The notes under the pieces were generated by a model that was not told the DNA's origin, searched no databases, and worked only from the letters and a program-made list of their open reading frames with translations. Position numbers and translations under genes: made by a program. This document shows, piece after piece, positions 18,461-27,413 of a stretch of DNA of 39,010 nucleotides; positions within the stretch are counted from its first letter, which is position 1; each line of letters opens with the position of its first letter. Origin of the DNA: Patescibacteria group bacterium (GTDB lineage Bacteria; Patescibacteriota; Patescibacteriia; Magasanikbacterales; JBBTQS01); contig JBBTQS010000001.1 in NCBI GenBank assembly GCA_038065555.1, positions 322,741-361,750 on the forward strand, given 5' to 3'.

Positions 18461-20284
18461 ATGCATCGCATTCCCTTCTTCATTGCTGCGTTCACGATTC
18501 TATCGACGGCACTCTATTATTGTTTGCCTGTCACACCGATGTGGTTGTTGCTTATCGCGATTGCTGCAGGTGTCGCGTGCTGGTTCCTCGCACCACATTC
18601 TCAGACGTCAGCAGCACTTCCTTGGACCCCCCAACATCCACGCGAACGCGCAGCACTCGTTGTGTCAGCACTCCTCAATAGTGCACTCATCGTATTTCTC
18701 GCACGCCATGCGAGTACTGACACGTTACTAAGCCCGTGGCAACTTCTCCCTGCATGGATTTTCTTCGCGTACGGGATAAGTGTCCTCGGACTTTTTGTCG
18801 GCTCACGCACACAATCACGCGCAGGATGGATTGCTTTTGCAGTACAACTCTTCGTGACTTCAAGTGTGGCGGCATGCATCTACCAATTAGGGTACGGATT
18901 CGATGGATTCATTCACCGCACCACAATCGAAACCATTATCCGCGATGGGGTTATCCTCCCACGCACTCCGTACTATATTGGAGCATACATGTTGGAGTTC
19001 GGTGTCCAAACACTCACGCATCTGCGCCTGTTCGTCGTCGATCAGTGGTTAGTACCTGCAGCAACTGCACTGGCAGTGCCCTTGGCAGCATACGTACTCG
19101 GATTCCGCTTACGCATCGGAGTTCTGATTCTTGCACTTCCTTGTGCGTTTTTCATTACTACTACACCACAAGCAGTTGGACTGCTGCTGCTCATACTGGC
19201 ATTGGCATATGCAAATAGTGCGCATCACACCCGCCGCACTGAAGTACTCGCATGTGTACTGGCTCTTGCGGCATGTGCAGCACACCCTGTGGCAGGTATT
19301 CCCGCACTCATCATCGTAGTCGTGTCTCTATTGTGGCGAAATGGATATCGCGTACTCTCTACACTGGTTGCTCTGGGAGGATCCCTCGCGCTTCCGGTGA
19401 TTTTTATTGTGATTCAAGGTGCACGAATTACATGGACTCCACTGCGTGAGGCGATGATACACATTGTTACCGGACCATCACTCATGCCGGGTGTGAGCAT
19501 GCAGCTGCAATTTTCGTACACGTATCTCCACCTGATTTTACCTGTGACAATAGGTGCACTTGTGCTGTACAGCATCCGCGTTGCACGCGATAAGGTGATG
19601 CCCTACGTACTCATTACTGTGAGCTGTCTTCTTGCCTCGCTTCTTCTGCACGGCCTCACCTACCAGAACGTTATCTCCTACGAACAAAGCGCTTTCAGCG
19701 ATCGACTCTTCGTCATTGCACTCATTGCCTGCACTGCACCAGTCCTCTATGCAATCTCTGCACTCACAACACGCTGGCACTGGGATCGTTCCGCACGCAT
19801 TTTCTTCGCTCTCCTCTTTGCAACTAGTGCCACAGCGAGTTGGTATCTCACCTATCCCAAGGTTGATGTTGTTGATCGATCCAAAGGCTACAGCACGAGT
19901 GCCGCAGATTTCGAAACCGTCGCAACCATTAATCGCCATGCAAGCGGCACTGCATCCTACATCGTGCTCACTAACCAAGCAGTGAGCGCAGCTGCAATCG
20001 CGCAACTCGGCTTTCATCCCACAGTGCAGCTCAATGGTGCAGAACAATTTATTTATCCCGTCCCAACCGGCGGTCCGCTCTACCCATATTATTTGCAAAT
20101 GGTGTATGACGCTCCGACGCGCATGCATGCACTCGAGGCAGCTACAGCCGCCAACGTCGAACGCGTATATCTCGTGATCACTCCCTACTGGCACAATGCG
20201 CGCCAACTTATTGAGGTGGCGACCCATGAAGCAGATGACACCTTTGCTGTCGGTGCCAATCGTGTGTTTATTTTTCAAAAATAG
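18461..20284 (+). CDS. large multi-pass membrane protein, possible GT-C fold
   Basis: Many TM segments, loop motif GYGFDGFIH, soluble C-terminal domain. Confidence 0.7.
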   Translation: MHRIPFFIAAFTILSTALYYCLPVTPMWLLLIAIAAGVACWFLAPHSQTSAALPWTPQHPRERAALVVSALLNSALIVFLARHASTDTLLSPWQLLPAWIFFAYGISVLGLFVGSRTQSRAGWIAFAVQLFVTSSVAACIYQLGYGFDGFIHRTTIETIIRDGVILPRTPYYIGAYMLEFGVQTLTHLRLFVVDQWLVPAATALAVPLAAYVLGFRLRIGVLILALPCAFFITTTPQAVGLLLLILALAYANSAHHTRRTEVLACVLALAACAAHPVAGIPALIIVVVSLLWRNGYRVLSTLVALGGSLALPVIFIVIQGARITWTPLREAMIHIVTGPSLMPGVSMQLQFSYTYLHLILPVTIGALVLYSIRVARDKVMPYVLITVSCLLASLLLHGLTYQNVISYEQSAFSDRLFVIALIACTAPVLYAISALTTRWHWDRSARIFFALLFATSATASWYLTYPKVDVVDRSKGYSTSAADFETVATINRHASGTASYIVLTNQAVSAAAIAQLGFHPTVQLNGAEQFIYPVPTGGPLYPYYLQMVYDAPTRMHALEAATAANVERVYLVITPYWHNARQLIEVATHEADDTFAVGANRVFIFQK

Positions 20285-20287
20285 CGA

Positions 20288-20315
20288 AACCCCCTCAGTG
20301 TTACTTGAGGGGGTT
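20288..20315. terminator. hairpin terminator between convergent units
   Basis: aaccccctca/tgagggggtt 10-bp stem. Confidence 0.7.
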
Positions 20316-20675
20316 CTACCATCTGTACGAGCAAGACCAGGGTGAGCCGATGGCTGCTCAATCCTTCCTTTCGGCCAATGATGGATCGAAATCCACATTG
20401 GATCTTGCACGCGCGCCCGCGAATGCTTGTATCGCCGTCAGCCTCTAGGAGGCCGTCGGCTACTCAGATGCAATGCGAGCGCGATCGTCGCGCCGGCGCT
20501 GGTCAGTTCGTCGAGATGGCCGCGGCGTCGATCAAGTTGAAAGCATTGAAGTTGTGATCGCCGTTCAGCACGGCGCGGTCGGGCTTCAGGGGTCGTCGGA
20601 TCATGGCTTCCTCCGTAGTTCACCATGAAGGTAGTGACATAGCACTTACTCGTGGCAACGCCGCGAGCTTTGCTG
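20290..20675 (-). ncRNA. candidate ~390-nt structured RNA containing a 33-codon ORF
   Basis: Own promoter and terminator; nested stems with TTCG and GAAA loops; G-U pairs on the minus strand. Confidence 0.45.
20503..20604 (-). CDS. putative 33-aa peptide MIRRPLKPDRAVLNGDHNFNAFNLIDAAAISTN
   Basis: GGAGG (20614-20610) 5 nt before ATG. Confidence 0.4.
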   Translation of the reverse strand: MIRRPLKPDRAVLNGDHNFNAFNLIDAAAISTN

Positions 20676-20680
20676 GCACC

Positions 20681-20709
20681 AACCTATCAGCTTTTCTAAA
20701 ATCTGTCAA
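20681..20709 (-). promoter_or_regulatory. sigma70-type promoter
   Basis: TTGACA-17 nt-(TGa)TAGGTT. Confidence 0.65.
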
Positions 20710-20720
20710 GGGGGCGGCAC

Positions 20721-20757
20721 AAAAAAACAAGACGCACCCGTATGAGTACGTCTTGTT
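20721..20757 (-). terminator. intrinsic terminator after the 616-aa ORF
   Basis: aacaagacgtactc-atac-gggtgcgtcttgtt followed by a T-run. Confidence 0.8.
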
Positions 20758-20796
20758 GGTTCGAGCAGCTTCAGCCCCCTCCTCTGAGGCCTCTAG

Positions 20797-22647
20797 CTAT
20801 TCCCCTTGACTGCGCAACAGATCAGCGAATGTACCGAAGCCACCCTTACCGCCGGACGCCTGCTGCGCACGGTGGACCGGACGGGCCTCAGCACGTTTGC
20901 CCAGTTCCGACACCGAATGTGACGGCACCGCGAGATACGGACGTGCGTACTCAGTCATGCGGGGTCGCCAATTCTCGGGCATCGGGTCCACATCACAGTA
21001 GTACAATACATTCGCCTGGATCAGAACCCCGCACCGCTGCGGATCAACGACGAACCGTCGCATACCGCACACGTCACGAACATCCGCGAACCATCGCTTG
21101 GAAAGCTCACCGAACTCGAAAGCGATCTTCATGACCGTTCCGTCTTGGACACGTTCCTCTGCCCGACGATACCGCTCTGCCTGAACCGCCGGCAGCGTAA
21201 CGCGCTCCCACACTGGATCGTAGGTGCAGCTCGTTACGAAGTGCGTTTCTGCTTGCGGAAGCTCCAGCAACGCCGCAGTGTTGATGCTCAGCGCTGGTTG
21301 GAGGCGGTTGGATTCGTTCACCAACACCCAACGGATCAGCGCCACACCGTTGTACCGCACTGCGAAGATGGTGGTGGTACTCCATCCTTTGTAGTCTGCG
21401 CGATCGAACAGCTCAGGGATTTGTCCACGAACCAGATGCATCCTCCGAGCACTGTGCACAGCCTGGACGATGGCCGGCGCTTCCGTATTCCGCTCGTCCC
21501 ACCCACGCTCCGGACATCCGCATCCCGTGAGTCGCAGTTCGCCCAGCACGAGCACGGTATCCAGATCACCGCGTTGATACCCTTCTCCACACAGAATGCA
21601 GGTGGGGCACCAGTGATCAAGCAGCGCCGTGAGACGCTCCTTGAGTCCACGACTCTCGCAAGCCATCGCTCGTTCCAGGTAGGTTTCGTCGATCGCAGCA
21701 CGGAGTGCATTGATCGCCGCTTCCCATTCTTGACACTGCGCCATGAGTTCGACCGGGTTGATCTGCCCGTGATCTGGCAAGAACACGATCTTCGCTTCAT
21801 ACTCGATCACCAGCTTCTGATCGACCATGGTACGCACGCCCCAGTACCATGGTAGTGCAGTAAGCGCTTCTTCCTTTTGACACACGGAGTGGAAGAGATC
21901 CACAACTGCCTTCTGGTCACGCCTGAACTGGAGTTCCGCTTGATGATCCCGAAAGGTTTCTTCAACCAGAACCCGCGATCTCTGCGCATTCTCGAGTGTC
22001 TCGAACCACAGCAGTTCCGAGGTACGAAAGTTCGCATCAGCGTCGAACATGCCGTACCGATACAGATCCTCGCCCGTTTCTGGACAGGAGCCGTAGTGGT
22101 ATTGCATGATCTCCGGAATCTGCGCCGTCGGATCATGCGGATCGGGATACTGCATCCCCGGCAGCGCGGTCTTGTGGAAATGCCAGACGACACGCCGCAG
22201 CATCCGCAGCGCCTCAACCTCATCACACCCAATCCGCCAGTGCGGAACGTGACGCGATTCGCACTCCGCGTACCGGAATGCGATGACCGGCACATCATCA
22301 ATGGAGCCGATCTCTCGACGCTCCAACCGCTCGTACTCCTTTTGTGCCAGCGATTGATGCGCGAGCCACGACTTCCCTTCCTCGGTGTCCCGATAGGACT
22401 CCGTGAGCACGCGCCGAAGCGCGTCGTTGCGGTTGAGGTACCATGCCCATGCGGGGTGAGACGTCTTTCCCCCGTCATATCCCCAGCCGTAGTGCACGAC
22501 GCCATACGCATGCACCAGCGTCCCGTCATCGAGCTGACCAACCGCGATCTCGAGCACCGGCTCTTCTGCCGTGGGCACAAACGATACTGCCGACAGCCGC
22601 CAATTCTCCGCGATCCACAGGTCCAGAACTTCTTGTGCATTTCGCAT
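20797..22647 (-). CDS. 616-aa hypothetical protein with N-terminal repeats, coiled coil and Cys cluster
   Basis: SD GAGGAG upstream; long uninterrupted ORF; CPTCILC...CGC. Confidence 0.85.
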   Translation of the reverse strand: MRNAQEVLDLWIAENWRLSAVSFVPTAEEPVLEIAVGQLDDGTLVHAYGVVHYGWGYDGGKTSHPAWAWYLNRNDALRRVLTESYRDTEEGKSWLAHQSLAQKEYERLERREIGSIDDVPVIAFRYAECESRHVPHWRIGCDEVEALRMLRRVVWHFHKTALPGMQYPDPHDPTAQIPEIMQYHYGSCPETGEDLYRYGMFDADANFRTSELLWFETLENAQRSRVLVEETFRDHQAELQFRRDQKAVVDLFHSVCQKEEALTALPWYWGVRTMVDQKLVIEYEAKIVFLPDHGQINPVELMAQCQEWEAAINALRAAIDETYLERAMACESRGLKERLTALLDHWCPTCILCGEGYQRGDLDTVLVLGELRLTGCGCPERGWDERNTEAPAIVQAVHSARRMHLVRGQIPELFDRADYKGWSTTTIFAVRYNGVALIRWVLVNESNRLQPALSINTAALLELPQAETHFVTSCTYDPVWERVTLPAVQAERYRRAEERVQDGTVMKIAFEFGELSKRWFADVRDVCGMRRFVVDPQRCGVLIQANVLYYCDVDPMPENWRPRMTEYARPYLAVPSHSVSELGKRAEARPVHRAQQASGGKGGFGTFADLLRSQGE

Positions 22648-22763
22648 TTCACTCTCCTCAATTGTCGATGATCTTCCCGCGTGCTACGCCCCTCTGGCGC
22701 ACCATCGCAGACCACGCAACTCCGCAAGCAACGTGGTCTACTATCGTGCTAAAATAACTTCAA

Positions 22764-22792
22764 ATACTACTCGATTGTAGCAAAAATGTCAA
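22764..22792 (-). promoter_or_regulatory. sigma70-type promoter of the 616-aa ORF
   Basis: TTGACA-17 nt-TAGTAT. Confidence 0.7.
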
Positions 22793-22815
22793 GAGGTGAC
22801 AGCCACTAAAATAAC

Positions 22816-22846
22816 AAAACACCGCGCCCCTTTCGGGAACGCGGCG
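22816..22846 (-). terminator. intrinsic terminator after the surface protein gene
   Basis: cgccgcgttccc-GAAA-ggggcgcggtg followed by tttt. Confidence 0.7.
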
Positions 22847-22882
22847 CTTGATTTCCTTTTTGCGTATTGCGCGGCGTGCGAA

Positions 22883-24499
22883 TTACTTCGCGATCGCCTT
22901 GCGGTACATTTCGGTCGCGCGCCAGTCGCGGGCTGGGATCTCAGAGCTAATCACTCCGTATCCGCCGTGCGAAGACTTGGCGATCTCATTGACCGTGTAT
23001 CCGCCGTAGACGTAGGCATTCACGTAGAATGACCAGTCACGAGCATGGATACCGATCTTGCGCTTGCCATACTTGGCTTCGAGCGCTGACTTGAGTTCGC
23101 GTGCCTTGGTCTGTTCGAGCGCGAGATTGCGCTCTACAGCGTAGCGTACTTGCTTCTTCATGTGGGTGAGCGGGTTGTGACCCGTCTTCACCTCAGTACC
23201 GTCACCATAGCCATCCTCATCAGAATCGAAGCGGAGTGGGTTGGTGTGGTAGACAAAGATTTCGTCCTTGTCTGAGAGACCATCGAGGTCAGAGTCAGCA
23301 CGCTCAGGCGACGTCTTGTACTTGTTCTTTTCTTCACCATTGCTGATTCCATCGCCGTCAGTATCAAGATCCATTGGCGTGGTGAATGGTGTTGCTGGGT
23401 CTCCAGCCTTTGGCTGTGAGAGTGGGATTTCTACTGCAGTACGAGCAATGTCGTTGTTGAGTGCAGTATCAGTCGAACGGAAGTCGTAGAGATAAATCTC
23501 CGGAACACCCGTGCGTGCGTCAGACCACACAATGCGGTCTGTGCTGATCGATGGACGAGAGTGACCAGTACCACCATTGGTAAGGCGCGTCTTCGTCTTT
23601 GCATCAGCGTTATAGAGTGCAATGTCAGGATTCTTTCCTGCAAGCGACTCTTCGTATGTCATGTAATCACCAAATGCAACCGGGTACTTCTCGTCACCAC
23701 CGGTATATGTTACCTGTGCGAGCTTACCCGTTACGGTGTGATAGGTGTAAATATCTGCTTGACCATCCTTCATCATGGACATGGCAACATAATTGCCAGA
23801 CGCTGAGATGGTGCCAACAAGTGGCTTGTTCTCGAGCAATACATTCTGAGAACCGAAATCAAGTTCATGCTTGATCACATTCCAGTTCGTGCCGTTCTGC
23901 TCCATCCAATATGCAGTGTTACCAGATCCAACAATAGACTGCTTGCGCACGTCGCTTGTGGTGAGCTTCTCGCTCACACCACGATCGATGTCATACCAGT
24001 ATGCCTGAGAAATTCCAGAACGATCTGCATCTTCCTGCAACCACACGAGGTTGCGCTCAACGAATGCAAATGATTCAAATGGATAGCGAGACGATGCCAC
24101 CTGTGTCGTCGTATACATGAACGGATTCATGATATTGAGGACGTATTGACCGTTGGCAAGGCGGTTGCTGTACGCAACCACACCCTGAGAGACACGAGGC
24201 GTCGCAACGCTCGTATCAATAGGAGCTGCTCCCCACGAGATCATCCGATCTTCGGTGGTCTTGAAGTTATAGAGATAGATAGCGGGATTCTTTTCATCAC
24301 GCTTGTCTACATATGTCATCCACTGACCCTGAACATCTGGGCGCATCATTGCCGTCATGAACGGGTTCGTGAATTTCAAAAGCGCCGCAGCCTCGGTATT
24401 CGAGGTGAACGGTTTGATGAGACCAGTTGCACCAGCTACAACCATTCCGAGAATGGTTACGCCAGCAACTGCAAGTGACACGATGGTGTTCTTTTTCAT
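22883..24499 (-). CDS. secreted/surface protein with TolB-like beta-propeller and Ca-binding TSP3-like repeats (538 aa)
   Basis: Signal/TM MKKNTIVSLAVAG; PSISTDRIVWSDARTGVPEIYLYD propeller blades; DTDGDG, DSDLDG and DSDEDG repeats. Confidence 0.85.
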   Translation of the reverse strand: MKKNTIVSLAVAGVTILGMVVAGATGLIKPFTSNTEAAALLKFTNPFMTAMMRPDVQGQWMTYVDKRDEKNPAIYLYNFKTTEDRMISWGAAPIDTSVATPRVSQGVVAYSNRLANGQYVLNIMNPFMYTTTQVASSRYPFESFAFVERNLVWLQEDADRSGISQAYWYDIDRGVSEKLTTSDVRKQSIVGSGNTAYWMEQNGTNWNVIKHELDFGSQNVLLENKPLVGTISASGNYVAMSMMKDGQADIYTYHTVTGKLAQVTYTGGDEKYPVAFGDYMTYEESLAGKNPDIALYNADAKTKTRLTNGGTGHSRPSISTDRIVWSDARTGVPEIYLYDFRSTDTALNNDIARTAVEIPLSQPKAGDPATPFTTPMDLDTDGDGISNGEEKNKYKTSPERADSDLDGLSDKDEIFVYHTNPLRFDSDEDGYGDGTEVKTGHNPLTHMKKQVRYAVERNLALEQTKARELKSALEAKYGKRKIGIHARDWSFYVNAYVYGGYTVNEIAKSSHGGYGVISSEIPARDWRATEMYRKAIAK

Positions 24500-24536
24500 A
24501 GTATTTTTAGGGTCACGTATGACACGTTGACGGATA

Positions 24537-24565
24537 ATAGTAGCACGTTCGAACGGTTTTGTCAA
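24537..24565 (-). promoter_or_regulatory. promoter of the surface protein gene, with a palindrome in the spacer
   Basis: TTGACA-17 nt-(TGc)TACTAT; CGTTCGAACG palindrome at 24546-24555. Confidence 0.7.
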
Positions 24566-24596
24566 TAGCACAACGCCGTATTTTTGCTTAAATAAC

Positions 24597-24785
24597 AAAA
24601 AAGACCCTCATCGTTAGATTTGGGTCGTGGGGTTGGGGTGGGCAGCGCGGTTCGTGAGACGCGGTTCGGGGAGGTTGTGCATAGGACGCGTTGCACAGAT
24701 TTTGCCTTCCGAACGGTCAATCAACGAGCGCGCTGCCCACCCACTACCAGAGTGGAGTCAATCCCATGACTCAACACTCAGCGTG
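24597..24785 (-). ncRNA. candidate ~190-nt structured ncRNA
   Basis: Strong promoter, 5' hairpin, long rod with a perfect 14-bp stem (24636-24649/24729-24742), terminator gaccc...gggtc+T6; no SD-led ORF. Confidence 0.6.
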
Positions 24786-24790
24786 TACAG

Positions 24791-24819
24791 AGGATACCAC
24801 CACGAACCAATTCTGTCAA
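24791..24819 (-). promoter_or_regulatory. sigma70-type promoter of the ncRNA candidate
   Basis: TTGACA-17 nt-(TGg)TATCCT. Confidence 0.75.
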
Positions 24820-25907
24820 GTACTCTCTAGGCATTCGAGCAATTGTTGCTGATTTTGTGGCTCAAATAAGCGATCGGTCTGTACAACAAGTTCGGGAATT
24901 CCACCAATTCGTGATGCGAACACCCGCAATCCATGTGCGTGCGCCTCATGAATAACCGAAGGTGCATTCTCGTAGCACAGTGATGGCACAACCAATGCAT
25001 CAGCATCGCGGTAGAGCCGACCGAGGTCATCATGACTCAGACGTCCATGCACTGTGATCTTTTGTCCCTGAGATTGCAGATGGACAACCGGAAGGAGCGC
25101 ACCATCCCCTGCAATGTGCAGATGACTCTCTGGATGCTGAGCACTATATTCCCGCCAGGCACGCACAAGGAACTCAACACCCTTATGCGATTCTATTTGT
25201 CCCACATAGAGGAAGACTTTTTTGTCTCGTTCGCGATGGCGCACCTCACGCACTGCCGCCACAGGCAATGTCTGCACTGTCTTGACCGCACGTGCGTGCT
25301 CGAACAATCCGAAGAATCGATGCGTATCTATAATCCACTGCGTCGGCCCTTCGACGGTGCGAATGTGCTGCGTGTACGATTTCGTTACGCGACGATAGAT
25401 GGCTGCGAGCGTTCCTGTGACTGTCCAATGATTCTCCTGCCCATGCCACATGAGACCGCTTGGTGTGAGTAACTGCACGTCATGCAGCACATGCGTATGT
25501 GCAGGTGCAAATCTCCCCGCACGCAGAATCATCATTCCCATCCCCTTCACATTGTGCGTGTACACCAGATCAGGCCGCAGCTGACGAATACGACGACGCA
25601 ACACCCAATATCCAAAATCTTCGATCGCATCCCACGCATGCCACAACACACGCAACCATGTTGGCATGCGACCAATGTTGTTGACATAGTTGAACCACTG
25701 CATCGGTGCGTAGCGATGCACCGTGATGCCGTCTTCTACCATAGTGCGCGTTCTCCAGAACCAATGCACGTCGCTCGAGCGTCCGATGGTCATCACATGC
25801 ACATCGTGCCCAGCGTCCCGCATCGTCCGAGCCGTGGATTCCACTATCGTCTCTGCTCCCCCGCGACTATACGGCTTGTACAAGTTATTAACGAGAAATA
25901 CACGCAT
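24816..25907 (-). CDS. GT4 (GT-B) glycosyltransferase
   Basis: NNLYKPYSRGGAE, YVGQIESHKG, VPSLCYENAPSVIHEA, SRIGGIPE. Confidence 0.92.
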   Translation of the reverse strand: MRVFLVNNLYKPYSRGGAETIVESTARTMRDAGHDVHVMTIGRSSDVHWFWRTRTMVEDGITVHRYAPMQWFNYVNNIGRMPTWLRVLWHAWDAIEDFGYWVLRRRIRQLRPDLVYTHNVKGMGMMILRAGRFAPAHTHVLHDVQLLTPSGLMWHGQENHWTVTGTLAAIYRRVTKSYTQHIRTVEGPTQWIIDTHRFFGLFEHARAVKTVQTLPVAAVREVRHRERDKKVFLYVGQIESHKGVEFLVRAWREYSAQHPESHLHIAGDGALLPVVHLQSQGQKITVHGRLSHDDLGRLYRDADALVVPSLCYENAPSVIHEAHAHGLRVFASRIGGIPELVVQTDRLFEPQNQQQLLECLEST

Positions 25908-25965
25908 ATAGAGGTATCGTACGGGTCTGATGGGTATTTGTCTACCTGAGCCACTCCCCGCGGAC

Positions 25966-25994
25966 TTGCCGACCAGGCCCCCTGGGGCTAGTAT
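25966..25994 (+). promoter_or_regulatory. dnaB promoter (near-leaderless)
   Basis: TTGCCG-17 nt-TAGTAT, with ATG 9 nt downstream. Confidence 0.6.
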
Positions 25995-26003
25995 GAGCAT
26001 ACT

Positions 26004-27383
26004 ATGGAGAACGAGGCAGCCCGGCTCAAAATCCCGCCACACAGCATTGATGCTGAAATGTCCCTGTTGGGCTCTATTTTGTTGGACAAAGAAACCCTCA
26101 TGCGCGTGGTGGATATTCTCGACCCAACTGACTTCTACAAAGATGCCCACCGCATTGTGTACGAGGCTATCCTCGATCTCTACGCGACACACGAACCAGT
26201 AGATCTCCTGACCGTCGGTAACCGCCTCGACGAAAAGAAACAACTTGAGATGATCGGTGGCCGATCGTATCTCGTGCAGTTGAGCAACACCGTTGCAACC
26301 GCAGGTCACGCTCCAACATACGCGCGCATTGTGAGCAAGAAAGCTGTCTTGCGTCGCCTCCTCTCTGCGTCACACGAAATTTCTGTTCTTGGATTTAGCG
26401 AAGACCAAGACATTGATACATTGCTCGACGAAGCGCAGCAGACGATCTTCCGCATTTCCATGCGCTCGATGCGCCAGGAGTTCACGCCGATTCGTGCCGT
26501 GCTCACCGAAGCATTTGACCGCATCGACGAACTGCACAAGGAGAAGGGCAAGATGCGTGGCGTGCCATCAGGATTTCACGAACTCGACAACCTGCTCGCA
26601 GGATTCCAGAAGTCGGACCTTGTGATTCTTGCAGCGCGTCCGTCTGTTGGTAAATCAAGTTTTGCGCTTGACGTAGTACGCAACGTCGCAACAAAGGCGA
26701 AGGTTCCTGTTGGCCTGTTCAGTCTGGAAATGTCCAAAGAACAAATGGTAGATCGCTTGTTGTGCGCAGAGTCCAACGTGGATTTGTGGCGTCTTCGCAC
26801 TGGTAAGCTCGCTGAGCGTCCAGAGGACGATGACTTCCAGCGCATTGGTCATGCGATGGGTGTGCTCGCTGAGTCCCCGATCTTCCTCGACGACACTCCC
26901 AACTGTACGATCACACAAATCAGAACCAAGGCGCGCCGTCTCCAGTCCGAACACGGCCTCGGCATGATTGTTATCGACTACTTGCAGCTCATGGACTCCT
27001 CGAGCCACGGCAACAGTGACAACCGTGTACAAGAAGTTGCAGAGATCACTCGTGGACTCAAAGGTATCGCACGTGAGCTCAACATCCCAGTGATCGCACT
27101 CTCCCAGCTCTCGCGTGCCGTTGAAGTGAGCAAACCTGCTATCCCAAAACTCGCACACTTGCGTGAATCTGGATCCATCGAGCAAGACGCTGACATTGTA
27201 ATGTTCATCTATCGCAAAAGTGCTGACCGTAACTACCGCACCGAAGACATTCCACCTGACGAGCGCTACATCGCCGAAATCCACGTTGCAAAACATCGTA
27301 ACGGACCAACGGGTATGGTGCGACTATTCTTCGATGAGCCACGCGCATCATTCAAGAACCTTGAACAGCGTCGCGGCTTGTAG
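26004..27383 (+). CDS. dnaB: replicative DNA helicase (no intein)
   Basis: PPHSIDAE, AARPSVGKS, IDYLQLM, LSQLSR, LRESGSIEQDAD, KHRNGPTG. Confidence 0.98.
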   Translation: MENEAARLKIPPHSIDAEMSLLGSILLDKETLMRVVDILDPTDFYKDAHRIVYEAILDLYATHEPVDLLTVGNRLDEKKQLEMIGGRSYLVQLSNTVATAGHAPTYARIVSKKAVLRRLLSASHEISVLGFSEDQDIDTLLDEAQQTIFRISMRSMRQEFTPIRAVLTEAFDRIDELHKEKGKMRGVPSGFHELDNLLAGFQKSDLVILAARPSVGKSSFALDVVRNVATKAKVPVGLFSLEMSKEQMVDRLLCAESNVDLWRLRTGKLAERPEDDDFQRIGHAMGVLAESPIFLDDTPNCTITQIRTKARRLQSEHGLGMIVIDYLQLMDSSSHGNSDNRVQEVAEITRGLKGIARELNIPVIALSQLSRAVEVSKPAIPKLAHLRESGSIEQDADIVMFIYRKSADRNYRTEDIPPDERYIAEIHVAKHRNGPTGMVRLFFDEPRASFKNLEQRRGL

Positions 27384-27413
27384 TACCGTTACTGCACACG
27401 TAATTCAATTTCT

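Noticed and set aside
20290-20675. tmRNA (similar size, short internal ORF)
   Set aside because: No GGGG..GAC 5' end, T-arm or CCA acceptor end; the ORF has its own SD and ATG and does not end in an ALAA-like tag.
24546-24555. LexA/SOS box
   Set aside because: The palindrome is CGTTCGAACG, not CGAAC-N4-GTTCG or CTGT-N8-ACAG.
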